DNA of 64,000 nucleotides from Candidatus Latescibacterota bacterium (GTDB taxonomy: Bacteria > Latescibacterota > UBA2968 > UBA8231): assembly GCA_964291625.2 (NCBI GenBank), contig OZ220089.1, forward strand, positions 2,592,001 to 2,656,000, written 5' to 3'. The position numbers and the translations under genes are program-made. Shown piece after piece: positions 24,617 to 34,753 of this stretch (the stretch's first letter is position 1; each line of letters opens with the position of its first letter). The notes under the pieces are model-generated. The model was not told where the DNA came from, did no database searches, and saw nothing but the letters and a program-made list of their open reading frames with translations.

Positions 24617-27412
24617 ATGACCCCACTGCAAGTTCATCGCCTGGCCGGCGGGGCTGTCTTCCTGATCACCCTCGGTCTGTACACGCAGACCATGGCGCCC
24701 TCCACCTCGTTCTGGGACACGGGCGAGTTCATCACCTGCTCCCACGTCCTGGGGGTCCCCCATCCGCCCGGATCGCCCCTGTACGTGCTCCTGGGGCGCG
24801 TCTTCAGCCTCTTCCCGGTCGGCACCGTCGCCAACCGGGTCGTCTTCATGTCCGTCCTGGCTTCGGCCCTGGCGGTCTGGTTCACCTACCAGAGCGCCGT
24901 GGCCCTCTGCCGCCGCGCCATGGGGGGCGAGGCGCTGCGGTTCTTCGGAGACGCCCGCGACTGGACGGCCACCCTGGGCTCGGCGGTCGCCGCCCTGTGC
25001 CTGGCCACCTCCTACACCTTCTGGTTCAACGGCACCGAGGCCGAGGTCTACGCCTACTCGCTGTTCTTCGTCTGCGGCGGCCTGTGGCTGATCCTCTACT
25101 GGGAGGGCACGCGGCACGGCGCCGGCAACGACCGCTGGCTGTTCTTCATCGCCTACTTCTTCGGGCTCGGAGGCGGTCTCCACCTCCTCTGTCTCCTGAC
25201 CATCCCCAGCCTCGTGCTGCTGGCCTGGTTCGGCGACCAGCAACTGCGGCGTTTCATCCTGATCCTGCTCCTTGGCGGATTCGCCGCCGCCGTGTCCATG
25301 AGCGCCTTCGCGCCGTACCCGCCCACGGCGGGGCTCCTCGCCCTGGCCGCCGGCGCCGCGGCCCTCGCCCTGGCCGCCTGGGCCGCCTCCGCCCACCCCG
25401 AGTACCGCAAGAGCCTGGCGGTCGTGCTCGGCATCGGTGCCGCCTGGATCCTGGCCCAGGCCCTCGGATCGACGGCCCTCCAGGGGCTCGTGCTGGTGGC
25501 GGGCGGCGCCGGCCTGGTGGCGCACCTCTACCGGGAGGACCGCCGGGCCCTGGGGCTGATGGTCGGAGTGGGGGTCCTCTTCCTGCTCGGGTACTCGACC
25601 TACATGGCCCTGTTCCTGCGCTCCGGGCTGGACCCGGCCATCGACATGAACGACCCGGAGAACCTGGGCAACTTCCTCTCCTTCCTCCGCCGCGAGCAGT
25701 ACGGCACGGAGAGCCAGTTGCTGGGCATGCTCACGCCCCGGGCCGACCGCGTCTACCAGTTGTGGCACCAGCAGTTCAAGTACTTCCTGCAGCAGTGGCC
25801 CTTCCCCTTCCTCGAGCGGGACATGGTGTTCCGTTGGGCCACCGAGAGGGCGCCCCACGTGATCTCGGTCTCCGCCGTGCCGCTGCTGGTCGGTCTTCTC
25901 GGCCTGGGGTGGCAGCTGCAGCGGGACTGGCGCCGGTTCCTGGCCCTCTTCCTGATGTTCCTGGTCATGGGCTTCGGGCTGTCCTTCTACCTGAACATGC
26001 CCGACCCGCAGCCGCGAGAGCGCCACTACGTCTTCGGGGGCATGTTCCTGGCCTGGGTCCTGTGGATGGGCCTCGGCTGGACCGCCGTCGTCGAGGCCCT
26101 GCGCCGGAGGTTCGCGCTGCGGACGGGATGGGTCGCCGCCGTTTCCTGCACGGGGCTTCTGCTTCCGGCCGGCGTCGGCGCGAAACTGCACCACATCGAG
26201 GACCGCCGGGGGGACTACATCGCCTGGGACTACGCCCACAACCTGCTGCAGTCCTGCGACCCGAACTCGCTGCTCTTCACCAACGGCGACAACGACACCT
26301 TTCCCCTGTGGTTCCTGCAGCACGTGGAGGGCATCCGCCGGGACGTGAGCATCATCAACCTGAGCCTGCTCAACACGGGGTGGTACATCAAGCAGCTGCG
26401 CGACCGCGAGCCCCGGGTGGCCATGTCCAGGGACGGCGGGGAACCGCTGGGCGACGTCTTCATCGACTCCACCCTCACCGACACGCAGATGGTCGATCTC
26501 GAAAAGCGGCTGTGGCTGACGCCGAGAAGGCCGCAGGAGTTCAGGGATCTCGGCCTCGACGTGAAGGTCTCGGCGCCGCCGGGCCACAACCTGCTGCGGG
26601 TGCAGGACATCATGGTCATCGGCATCGTCTACTGGAACGACTTCAGGCGGCCCGTCCACTTCGCCATCACCGTGGCCGGCTCCAACCGCGTCGGTCTCGA
26701 CCCCTATCTCGAGATGGAGGGCATGACCCTGAAGCTGAAGCGGGAGAAGGTCCGGGGCAGCGGCAACGCCGAGGCCCTGGCCCGCAACCTGATGGAAGTC
26801 TACCGCTTCCGGGGCGTTCGGGACGAGTCGATCTACAAGGACGAGAACACCAGCCGGCTTCTGCAGAACTACCGGGCCTGCGTCCTGACCCTGGCCGACA
26901 TCTACCAGACCGAGGGGCGGATCGACGAGATGGCCCGGCTGCTCCGCTGGGCCGAGGAGAACGTCCCCATGGGCTGGGAGGGCCTCTATGCCGCCAGCGA
27001 GAACTACCGGGCGGCGGGGCGCCATGACCTGGCCGCCGAGTTCGTCGAGAAGGCGGCCCACGGGCTCATCGATGTATACGGCGGGGATCCATCGGCGACC
27101 TACGACAACGCCCTGGCCCTGGCCACCATCCTCTACAACGACTACGGGGCCTTGGACCGGGCCGAGGAGGTCTACCGCCGGACCATCGCCCTGCGTCCCC
27201 GCGGCTATGCCGCCTACCACGAGCTGGCCGCCACCCTGCAGGCGGGGGGCCGCACTCGGGAGGCCCTCGGCGTGATCGACGGCTACGTCGAGGAATACGG
27301 GGAGCTCGACTCGGCCAGCCTGGATCGGGGGATCCTGGTCAAGGCCTTGGAGCGCCTCGAGTCGGCCGCCGCCGAGACGGCGGCCACCGGGTCCGGCGCC
27401 TCGGCCGAATGA
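24617..27412 (+). CDS. DUF2723 (TMEM260-like) multi-pass membrane glycosyltransferase with a C-terminal TPR region
   Basis: 'SFWDTGEFI...LGVPHPPGSPLY', 'EAEVY', 'RERHY', 'FTNGDNDTFPLW' and many transmembrane segments. Confidence 0.88.
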   Translation: MTPLQVHRLAGGAVFLITLGLYTQTMAPSTSFWDTGEFITCSHVLGVPHPPGSPLYVLLGRVFSLFPVGTVANRVVFMSVLASALAVWFTYQSAVALCRRAMGGEALRFFGDARDWTATLGSAVAALCLATSYTFWFNGTEAEVYAYSLFFVCGGLWLILYWEGTRHGAGNDRWLFFIAYFFGLGGGLHLLCLLTIPSLVLLAWFGDQQLRRFILILLLGGFAAAVSMSAFAPYPPTAGLLALAAGAAALALAAWAASAHPEYRKSLAVVLGIGAAWILAQALGSTALQGLVLVAGGAGLVAHLYREDRRALGLMVGVGVLFLLGYSTYMALFLRSGLDPAIDMNDPENLGNFLSFLRREQYGTESQLLGMLTPRADRVYQLWHQQFKYFLQQWPFPFLERDMVFRWATERAPHVISVSAVPLLVGLLGLGWQLQRDWRRFLALFLMFLVMGFGLSFYLNMPDPQPRERHYVFGGMFLAWVLWMGLGWTAVVEALRRRFALRTGWVAAVSCTGLLLPAGVGAKLHHIEDRRGDYIAWDYAHNLLQSCDPNSLLFTNGDNDTFPLWFLQHVEGIRRDVSIINLSLLNTGWYIKQLRDREPRVAMSRDGGEPLGDVFIDSTLTDTQMVDLEKRLWLTPRRPQEFRDLGLDVKVSAPPGHNLLRVQDIMVIGIVYWNDFRRPVHFAITVAGSNRVGLDPYLEMEGMTLKLKREKVRGSGNAEALARNLMEVYRFRGVRDESIYKDENTSRLLQNYRACVLTLADIYQTEGRIDEMARLLRWAEENVPMGWEGLYAASENYRAAGRHDLAAEFVEKAAHGLIDVYGGDPSATYDNALALATILYNDYGALDRAEEVYRRTIALRPRGYAAYHELAATLQAGGRTREALGVIDGYVEEYGELDSASLDRGILVKALERLESAAAETAATGSGASAE

Positions 27413-28452
27413 CCCCCGGGCCGGAGCCGGCCACGACGGTCGTCATCCCCCACTACCGGGCCGACACCCTCAGCGACTGCCTCGATTCCCTGTACCGGCA
27501 CAGCGGCCGGCCGGTGCGCGTTCTGGTCGTCGACGACGGCGGCGGGGGTCCGGCCCTGGAGCGCGCCCGCGGCCGGTTCCCCCGGTTGGAGGTCCTGAGC
27601 AATGAACGGCGCCTCGGCTTCACGGGTTCGTGCAACCGGGGCCTGGAGGCGGCGGAGACGCCCTTTGCCCTGCTTCTGAACGACGACACCCGAGTGACGC
27701 CGGGCTGGCTCGCCCCGCTGGAGGAAGCGGCCTCGGCGGCCCCGGGGGTGGCCGTGTGCCAGCCCAAGCTGTTGTGGGAGACCCGGCCCGGGTACTTCGA
27801 TCCCAGCGGCGCCGCCGGCGGCTACATCGACCGCCTCGGGTACACCTTCTGCAGGGGCCGGATCTTCGACACGGTGGAGCGCGACGAGGGGCAGTACGAC
27901 CGTCGCCGGGAGCTGTTCTGGGCCTGCGGCACGGCCATGTTCCTCCGTCTCGAGGCGGTGCGCGAGGTTGGTCCCCTCGACCTGGACTACTTCATGCACT
28001 TCGAGGAGATCGATCTGTGCTGGCGCCTGCGTCTGGCGGGCTGGCGGATCCTCGCCGTGCCGGAGTCCAGGGTCTTCCACCACTCGGCGCGGTCCCTCCC
28101 GGCCGACAGCTTCCGCAAGGTCTACCTCAACCACCGCAACAACCTGGTGGCGCTGATCAAGAACCTGCCCGCCCGCCGCCTTCTGTGGCTCCTGCCCGTG
28201 CGGGTGCTCCTGGAGCTGCTCGCCTGCGTGCGCTACGCGGCACGGCGGCCCCTTTGCGCCGCGGGGCCCCTGGCCGGCCTGGCATGGATCGCCGCCCATC
28301 CGGGAAACCTGTGGCGCCGCCGCCGGGACAGCCGCCGCCTCGCCGCCGCCGGCCGTGAGACGGGAGAGGCAGGCGTGTTCCCCGGGAGCGCTTTGATCCA
28401 CTACTACCTGCTGCGGCGGCGCACGGCATCGGCGCTGATGGGGGAACGCTGA
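27409..28452 (+). CDS. Glycosyltransferase family 2
   Basis: 'VVIPHY', 'VVDDG', 'LLLNDDT' and 'FMHFEEIDLCWR'. Confidence 0.9.
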   Translation: MTPGPEPATTVVIPHYRADTLSDCLDSLYRHSGRPVRVLVVDDGGGGPALERARGRFPRLEVLSNERRLGFTGSCNRGLEAAETPFALLLNDDTRVTPGWLAPLEEAASAAPGVAVCQPKLLWETRPGYFDPSGAAGGYIDRLGYTFCRGRIFDTVERDEGQYDRRRELFWACGTAMFLRLEAVREVGPLDLDYFMHFEEIDLCWRLRLAGWRILAVPESRVFHHSARSLPADSFRKVYLNHRNNLVALIKNLPARRLLWLLPVRVLLELLACVRYAARRPLCAAGPLAGLAWIAAHPGNLWRRRRDSRRLAAAGRETGEAGVFPGSALIHYYLLRRRTASALMGER

Positions 28453-29468
28453 TGCCAGCCCCCGGACGCCGGAAAGACCGCAGCGGCGACGGCCCGCCCG
28501 CCAGGTCGGCCTGGCGCCGTTTCGGCGATCCCTTCCTCAAGCTGATGGTGAGCGGAGGGCTCCTCTACTGGCTGCTGTCCCAGTCCGACCTGCAGGCTTT
28601 CGCCCGCGTCCTGGGCCGCACCGACGCCGCCCTCTTCGCGGCGGCGGCCTGTTTCTTCGTGTTGAGCAACGCTCTCGGCGCCGGACAGTGGTACCTGTTG
28701 CTGCGCGGCCAGTCCCTCGCCGTCTCTCCGGGTCAGACGGCGGTCGTCTACTGGGTGGGGGTGTTCTTCAACAACCTGCTCCCCGGCAACATCGGCGGCG
28801 ACGCCGTGCGCATCTACGACGTGCGCCGCCTCACGGGGGCCACCGGCCGCGCCGCGGCGGCGACCTTCATGGATCGCTTCATCGGCCTGTTCTCCACCTG
28901 CTGCCTGGCGTTGGGGGCCTGCGCCCTGGTGGCCGAGGTGCGGCGCCCCGGCCTGGTCACCCTCCTCGGCACCGTCTGGCTGACGCTGGCGGCGATGCTG
29001 GCCATGGGGCTGAGCCGGCGCCTCGGCCGGGTCCGGGGCTTCCTCGGCCTGCTGCTGCCGCGCCGCCTCGCGGCGGGCGTCGAGAGGCTGCGGTCCTCGA
29101 TCGCCGTCTACCGCGAGCAGACAGGCCTGCTGGCCGCTGCCTGGGCGGTCTCCCTCGGCGTGCAGTTCAGCCGCATCCTCGTGTACTGGGCGGCGGGACT
29201 GGCCGTCGGCCTCGACGTGGGGTTGCGCTATTTCATGGGATTCCAGCCGGCGGCGGCGATCGTCGCGGCGCTGCCCATCTCGGTGGGCGGACTCGGAGTG
29301 CGCGAAGGCGTGCTGGTCGAGCTCTTCGGGGGGGTTGGGGTCGAGGAGAGCCTCGCCTTCGCCGCCTCGCTGCTGGGCTACGCCGCCGGCATCAGCGCCA
29401 GTGCCCTGGGGGGCATCGCCTTCGTGCTGCGCCGCACCGGCCCGCGGCGCGAGCCCAGGGCCGCCTGA
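28452..29468 (+). CDS. Lysylphosphatidylglycerol-synthase TM domain / UPF0104 flippase-like protein
   Basis: 'FFNNLLPGNIGGDAVR' and 'LPISVGGLGVREG'; hydrophobic. Confidence 0.85.
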   Translation: MPAPGRRKDRSGDGPPARSAWRRFGDPFLKLMVSGGLLYWLLSQSDLQAFARVLGRTDAALFAAAACFFVLSNALGAGQWYLLLRGQSLAVSPGQTAVVYWVGVFFNNLLPGNIGGDAVRIYDVRRLTGATGRAAAATFMDRFIGLFSTCCLALGACALVAEVRRPGLVTLLGTVWLTLAAMLAMGLSRRLGRVRGFLGLLLPRRLAAGVERLRSSIAVYREQTGLLAAAWAVSLGVQFSRILVYWAAGLAVGLDVGLRYFMGFQPAAAIVAALPISVGGLGVREGVLVELFGGVGVEESLAFAASLLGYAAGISASALGGIAFVLRRTGPRREPRAA

Positions 29469-30634
29469 TGGTCGAGCTCGGCTGCGAGCGGCTTTTCGCC
29501 GACCCGCGGGACTTTCGACTGGTGGAGGGGCGCCGTGTCGGGCTGGTGACCAACCCCTCCGGCGTCGACCGGCGCCTGCGCGCCACCGCCGACGTGCTGC
29601 ACGCCCGCGCCGATGTCGAGCTGGTCATGCTCTTCGGCCCCGAGCACGGGATCCGGGGGGACGCCGAGGACGGGGTCGCGGTGGAGACCGCCGTCGACGC
29701 CCGCACCGGCGTCCCGGCGGTCAGTCTCTACGGCGAGCGCCGTCAGCCCACCCCCGAGGAGCTCGATCAGCTCGACGTGCTGCTCTTCGACATCCAGGAC
29801 GTGGGAGTGCGGTTCTACACCTACCTGTATACCATGAGCCTGGCCATGGAGGCTTGCGCCGAGGCGGGCGTTCCCTTCGTGGTTCTCGACCGGCCGAACC
29901 CGCTCGGCGGCCTCGTGGTGGAAGGAAACGTGCTCGAGGCGCCGGCCTTCGTCTCCTTCGTGGGGCGTTACCCGATCCCGGTGCGCTACGGCCTGACCAT
30001 CGGTGAGTTGGCGGGGCTGTTCAACGAGGAGTACGGGATCGGCGCCGATCTGCACGTGGTCGAGATGAGGGGATGGCGGCGGAGCATGCGCTGGCGCGAC
30101 ACCTCAATCCCCTGGGTGCCGCCGTCGCCGAACATGCCGACCCCGGAGACCGTGGCGGTGTACCCGGGCATGTGCTTCTTCGAGGGGACCAATGTCTCCG
30201 AGGGCCGGGGCACGACCAGCCCCTTCGAGCAGATCGGCGCGCCGTACATCGACGGCTTCGTCCTCGCCGGCCGCGTCGAGGCCCTGGGGCTGCCGGCCGC
30301 CGCCGTCAGGCCGATCTGCTTCCAGCCTTCCTTCGGCAAGCACGAGGGCCTCTCGTGCGCGGGGGTCCAGCTGCACGTCACGGGAGACGAGGGCTTCTCC
30401 CCCGTGCGCACCGGCTTCCACCTGCTCGCCGCGGTGCGCCGCGGCTGGCCGGAGGATTTCGAGTGGCGAACGAACCCCGAGGGCATCCACAACTTCGACA
30501 AGCTCGCCGGCACCAGCACGGTCCGCGAGGCCCTGGACGCAGGCGCCGATGTGGACGACCTGATCGACCAGTGGGCGCGGGACCGGCACCCCTTCGAGGA
30601 ATGCCGGCGGCGGCACCTGCGCTACTGTGGGTGA
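29468..30634 (+). CDS. namZ: Exo-beta-N-acetylmuramidase NamZ (DUF1343)
   Basis: 'VGLVTNPSG', 'FGPEHG', 'FDIQDVGVRFYTY', 'LDRPNP', 'WVPPSPNMP' and 'EGTNVSEGRGT'. Confidence 0.9.
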   Translation: MVELGCERLFADPRDFRLVEGRRVGLVTNPSGVDRRLRATADVLHARADVELVMLFGPEHGIRGDAEDGVAVETAVDARTGVPAVSLYGERRQPTPEELDQLDVLLFDIQDVGVRFYTYLYTMSLAMEACAEAGVPFVVLDRPNPLGGLVVEGNVLEAPAFVSFVGRYPIPVRYGLTIGELAGLFNEEYGIGADLHVVEMRGWRRSMRWRDTSIPWVPPSPNMPTPETVAVYPGMCFFEGTNVSEGRGTTSPFEQIGAPYIDGFVLAGRVEALGLPAAAVRPICFQPSFGKHEGLSCAGVQLHVTGDEGFSPVRTGFHLLAAVRRGWPEDFEWRTNPEGIHNFDKLAGTSTVREALDAGADVDDLIDQWARDRHPFEECRRRHLRYCG

Positions 30635-30677
30635 GGCCGCGTTGACCGGGTTTCGAAGGCCGGCTTGATTCTCCTCC

Positions 30678-31268
30678 ATGCCGGCGCCGCTCGAACCGGG
30701 GACCTTCCTCATCGCCTCTCTCGGCCTGGAGGATCCCGCCTTCTCCAGGACCATCGTCCTCATTCTGCAGCACATGCCCGATGAGGTCACCCTCGGGGTG
30801 GTCATCAACCGCCCCCTCGGGGAGCGGGCCAAGCTCTATCCGCGGGAAGAGCTCGACCGCCTGACCCTGGGGATGGGACGGGAGTCCGCCGGCCGCGGCG
30901 AGATGTTCTACCAGGGAGGCCCGGTGGAGCCCGGCTCCCTGATTTTCCTGCACCGGGTGGAGCACCTTCGGGGAGAGGCCACGCCGATCCGCCCCGGGCT
31001 GTTCGCCGGCGGCGATCTCGACTCCCTGCGCGAGTACCGGGCCGGGGCCGGGGAGTCCCCCTTCCTGCGCTTCTTCCTGGGCTATTCGGAGTGGCAGCCG
31101 GGCCAGCTGGAGTCGGAGATCGCCCTCGGCGCCTGGATCCTGGCCCCCGGCGACCTCGACCTGATCTTCAGCGACGATCCGGGGGCCATGTGGCAGCAGG
31201 CCCTGATCGCCCTGGGCGGCAAGTACGTGCCCATGTCGTTCATCCCCGAGGACCCGACCCTCAACTAG
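30678..31268 (+). CDS. YqgE/AlgH family protein
   Basis: 'FLIAS..LEDPAFSRTIV', 'GVVINRP', 'GGPV' and 'FLGYSEWQPGQLESEI..GAW'. Confidence 0.88.
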   Translation: MPAPLEPGTFLIASLGLEDPAFSRTIVLILQHMPDEVTLGVVINRPLGERAKLYPREELDRLTLGMGRESAGRGEMFYQGGPVEPGSLIFLHRVEHLRGEATPIRPGLFAGGDLDSLREYRAGAGESPFLRFFLGYSEWQPGQLESEIALGAWILAPGDLDLIFSDDPGAMWQQALIALGGKYVPMSFIPEDPTLN

Positions 31269-32233
31269 CAGATCAGACCGCGCTTGGCGCGGATCCCGTG
31301 CAACATGGGGTCGTCGCCGATCCAGCGTTCGTCCACCGGCTCCGAGGCCAGCTGGTAGCGGGAGTCGGAGGACAGCCGGATGCGGTCCGAGCGGTTGTCG
31401 AAGCTGGCGTGCATGGTGTACATGGTCAGCACCAGCAGGTCGCCGGCGCGGTAGTCGGCGGTCAGCCAGCGCCCGCCCAGCTCGCGCCGGGTGGCGATGG
31501 CGTCCGGGGAGTAGTGCCCGCGCCCCTGCCACTCGATCCGCTGCTGTTCCTCGGGGGTCAGCTCCCGGCCGTCGGCCTGCGCGTCGGGGACGATGCGGGC
31601 CCCGTCCCCCCGGTTCTCGCAGTACATGTCGACGTCGGCGGCGCCGTAGGTGCGGCGCACCTCCTGCAGACGATGGGATCCCTCGAGGACGAGGAGACCG
31701 CCGTGCTCGCGAGGAACGTCGCCGAGGGGCGTCCAGGAGGTCCGGAGGTCCTTCGTCCCCCGGCCCATGAAGACCACGTCGTAGTGGGGCTGGGTCACCG
31801 ACGGTCCCGGCATCTTGGCGCGGAACCAGGTGTAGTCGAAGTGGCGTACGGGGCCGCCGAGGAGGCCCTCGTAGAAGGCGATCATGGGGCCGGCGTACAA
31901 CACCCGGTCCAAGGGGGGGTTGTCCCTGGCCAGATCGTGGGCGTTGGCGAGGTCGGCCCCGGGGAGCACGACACCGTCCATGAGGGGGTGATCGGTGTTG
32001 TCCACGACTCCCGCCCGCGCCAGCCGCCGCAGGATCTCCCGCCGTGCCTCGAGGACCTCCTCGCGGTCCAGCAGTCCGGGCAGGAACAGGTATCCGTCCT
32101 CGGCCAGCCGCCGCCGCTGAGCCTCGGGGTCGCAGGCGATGTCGCGGGAGCGCCGGAGCTCGCCGAAGGCGTCCGCCCCGGCATCCATGGCCTCGCCGTT
32201 GTAAGTCGGTCCGGATTCGATCGCGTCTCTCAT
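31265..32233 (-). CDS. Phytanoyl-CoA dioxygenase family (Fe/2OG) protein
   Basis: 'EDGYLFLPG', HxD motif 'PHYD', 'WTPLGD', 'GSH', 'MHAS' and 'RLSSDSRY'. Confidence 0.85.
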   Translation of the reverse strand: MRDAIESGPTYNGEAMDAGADAFGELRRSRDIACDPEAQRRRLAEDGYLFLPGLLDREEVLEARREILRRLARAGVVDNTDHPLMDGVVLPGADLANAHDLARDNPPLDRVLYAGPMIAFYEGLLGGPVRHFDYTWFRAKMPGPSVTQPHYDVVFMGRGTKDLRTSWTPLGDVPREHGGLLVLEGSHRLQEVRRTYGAADVDMYCENRGDGARIVPDAQADGRELTPEEQQRIEWQGRGHYSPDAIATRRELGGRWLTADYRAGDLLVLTMYTMHASFDNRSDRIRLSSDSRYQLASEPVDERWIGDDPMLHGIRAKRGLIC

Positions 32234-32349
32234 GCCTGCCAAAGGAAAAAGCCTGATTGCCCCCCGTCCACACCCCTTGCTATCTTAGGCACTCCCCGCC
32301 TGATCGCTCCATCAATACTCCCGCTGTCCCGAAGTCGACGGAACCTGGC

Positions 32350-33492
32350 ATGCGCTCTCTGCTCCGGATCCCTGTACGCCTTCTGTGCCTGGCGTGGTTG
32401 GCCATCACCCCCATCAGCGCCGCCGCGTACGATGTCGGCGGCAACCCGCCTTTCGCCTCCGCCCTGCTGCTGGAGGCCTCCACCGGCTCCGTCCTGTTCG
32501 AGTACCGGGCCGATACGCCGAGATCCCCCGCCAGCACCCAGAAGTTGCTGCTCCAGCTCCTGGTCATGGAAGCCCTGGAGGACGGCCGTTTCGCCCTGAC
32601 CGACTCCGTTCACACCTCCGCCCGGGCCAGCCGTACGGGTGGGTCCCAGGTCTACCTGCAGCAGGGGGAGGTCTTTCCCCTCTCGGAGATGATGGCGGCC
32701 ATCGTCATCTCCTCCGCCAACGACGCCTGTGTGGCGGTGGCCGAGCACATCGGCGGCTCGGTGGAGGGGTTCGTCGCAATGATGAACGCCAAGGCCCGGG
32801 AGCTCGGCATGGCGTCGACGCGATGCGTGAACGTCCACGGACTCGATGACACCCCCCGGGACAAGGGCAACGTGACCACGGCCAGGGATCTCGGCATCGT
32901 CGCACGGGCCCTGCTCCCGCACCGCCGGATCCTCGAGTGGTCCTCGATTCGCGTGCGCCCTTTCCGCAACGGTGCCTTCACCCTCTTCACGACGAACAAG
33001 CTCCTCCGCCGCTTTCAGGGGCTCGACGGGTTGAAGACCGGCTACACGAAACGGGCCGGGTCGTGCCTGGTGGCCACCGCCCAGCGCAGCGACATGCGGC
33101 TCATCTCCGTCATCATGGGAGCGCGCAGAGAGCGGTTGCGGGATCGGGAGACGGCCCGTCTGCTGGAGTGGGGCTTCGCCCACTTCGTCAAGGGGCCGCT
33201 GACCCTGGCGGGTGAGTCGGTCGGCAAGGTTTCCCTCGACTGGGGGCAGGAGCCGGAGGTGGCGGCGGTGACATCCGACACCTTCGTCGCCGTCCTCACT
33301 CCGGAGCAGCGCCGGCGGGTGGAGCGGCGGGTGGAACTGCCGGAGGAGCAGCCGGCGCCGGTGGCGGCCGGGGACACCCTCGGCGTGCTTCACCTGCGCC
33401 TGGACGACGCCGTCCTCGCCCGGGTCGAGCTCGTCGCCGCCGATTCGGTTGCGCGCATGAGCGTCTGGGAGAAGCTGCTCAGCTACTTCTAG
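32350..33492 (+). CDS. D-alanyl-D-alanine carboxypeptidase (PBP5/DacF-like, peptidase S11)
   Basis: SxxK 'PASTQK', SxN 'SAN', KTG, a signal peptide and the C-terminal PBP5 domain. Confidence 0.92.
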   Translation: MRSLLRIPVRLLCLAWLAITPISAAAYDVGGNPPFASALLLEASTGSVLFEYRADTPRSPASTQKLLLQLLVMEALEDGRFALTDSVHTSARASRTGGSQVYLQQGEVFPLSEMMAAIVISSANDACVAVAEHIGGSVEGFVAMMNAKARELGMASTRCVNVHGLDDTPRDKGNVTTARDLGIVARALLPHRRILEWSSIRVRPFRNGAFTLFTTNKLLRRFQGLDGLKTGYTKRAGSCLVATAQRSDMRLISVIMGARRERLRDRETARLLEWGFAHFVKGPLTLAGESVGKVSLDWGQEPEVAAVTSDTFVAVLTPEQRRRVERRVELPEEQPAPVAAGDTLGVLHLRLDDAVLARVELVAADSVARMSVWEKLLSYF

Positions 33493-33515
33493 GCGCGCGC
33501 CGGAGCCCGGGGCCC

Positions 33516-34571
33516 TCAATAGGCGTCCGGCCTGACGGCCAGCGAACGGTCCTCCAGCGGCAGGGAGATGCGGCGGCCGCCCTCCCGGCTCGAGGCGACC
33601 AGGCCGAGGACGATCTCCTGGCTGCGGCAGGCCAGCTCGATCCCGCCCTGGGTATCGCTGTCCTCGTCGAGAGCTCTCACCAGGTCCTCCATGGCGCGCA
33701 GGGTGCCGCTCTCGAGGCGCACCTCCGGACCCGCCGTCTCCTCGAGGCCATGGTCGCCGCCCCGGCGCCAGGTGTAGCCGCTCCCGTTGGACAGGGTGCG
33801 CAGCTTGCCTTCGCTGCCGCAGGCCTCGAACTCGTATCCCCCGGAGGCGACGAAGTAGGCGTGCACGCCGCTGGTGAAGCGCACGTACCCCATCTCGATC
33901 GGCGGGTCGACAGTCAGGCGTCCCTCCCGCCACTGGTCTTCTGTGAACCGGCAGGTGGCCTGAACGAACTCCGCCTCCCCGTCGCCGGCCAGCATCAGCA
34001 GCATGTCGGCGGCGTGGGTGTGCCCCCACTGGGCCGCGCCCGTTCCGCAGTGCCCGATGACCGCCTGCAACTGGCCGATCCTGCCGTCGTCGATCATCTC
34101 CCGGGCGTTGCGGTAGAGGTGCACGTAGCGCCGCTGGGTCCCGTAGTTGAACTTGACCCCGTGGGCGGTGACCGCCGCCGCCATGGCGTCGGCCTCGGCC
34201 ATCGAGTTGCACAGCGGCTTCTCGCAGTAGAGGGCGCGCACGCCGTTCTCGGCGGCGAAGATCGTCACCGGCGCGTGCGGCGAGGGCCGGGTGGCGATGC
34301 AGACGATGTCCAGTCCCTCCTGCCGGATCATCTCCTCGGGGTCGGTGTACACCGCGGCCGCTCCGTACCGGGCCGCGGCCTCCTCCGCCTTGGTCGTGAC
34401 CGGGTCGCAGACCGCCGCCAGGTCCGTCCGGGCGCAGGCGCTGACCGCCGCTGCATGGGAGTACGGCAGGAAGAGCTCGCTGTCGGGACGGCCCTTCACC
34501 TCGTCGTCGATCGTGGCGCCCATCCGCCCGCATCCCACGAGGCCCGCGCGGTAGGTCGAAGCCATTTCCAT
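33516..34571 (-). CDS. Gfo/Idh/MocA family oxidoreductase
   Basis: 'GLVGCGRMG' and 'CEKP'. Confidence 0.88.
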   Translation of the reverse strand: MEMASTYRAGLVGCGRMGATIDDEVKGRPDSELFLPYSHAAAVSACARTDLAAVCDPVTTKAEEAAARYGAAAVYTDPEEMIRQEGLDIVCIATRPSPHAPVTIFAAENGVRALYCEKPLCNSMAEADAMAAAVTAHGVKFNYGTQRRYVHLYRNAREMIDDGRIGQLQAVIGHCGTGAAQWGHTHAADMLLMLAGDGEAEFVQATCRFTEDQWREGRLTVDPPIEMGYVRFTSGVHAYFVASGGYEFEACGSEGKLRTLSNGSGYTWRRGGDHGLEETAGPEVRLESGTLRAMEDLVRALDEDSDTQGGIELACRSQEIVLGLVASSREGGRRISLPLEDRSLAVRPDAY

Positions 34572-34599
34572 CCTCTCTTTTCGGGGGCCGGAGCCGGCC

Positions 34600-34628
34600 T
34601 TGACCGTATTTCGGGCGGGCCGTACGCT
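34600..34628 (+). promoter_or_regulatory. Putative sigma70 promoter of the tRNA-Val gene
   Basis: TTGACC-N17-TACGCT, ending 11 nt upstream of the tRNA. Confidence 0.6.
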
Positions 34629-34639
34629 CTTGCCTCGTC

Positions 34640-34716
34640 GGGCGATTAGCTCAGCTGGTTAGAGTGCCTGCTTGACATGCAGGAGGTCGCTGGTTCAATT
34701 CCAGCATCGCCCACCA
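34640..34716 (+). tRNA. tRNA-Val (GAC)
   Basis: GGGCGAT/ATCGCCC acceptor stem, D arm AGCTCAGCTGGTTAGAG, anticodon arm CCTGC-TTGACAT-GCAGG, T arm GGTTCAATTCC and an encoded CCA end. Confidence 0.97.
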
Positions 34717-34719
34717 TCC

Positions 34720-34753
34720 AAAGCTCTGGGGGGTTCCCCCCGGGGCTTTTTTT
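34720..34753 (+). terminator. Rho-independent terminator after the tRNA (possibly bidirectional)
   Basis: Hairpin AAAGCTCTGGGGGG-TT-CCCCCCGGGGCTTT followed by a T run; it sits at the 3' end of the convergent gene. Confidence 0.8.

Noticed and set aside
34640-34753. tRNA-Val as an integration site for a genomic island
   Set aside because: There is no integrase nearby, and I found no duplicated tRNA 3' end in the window.
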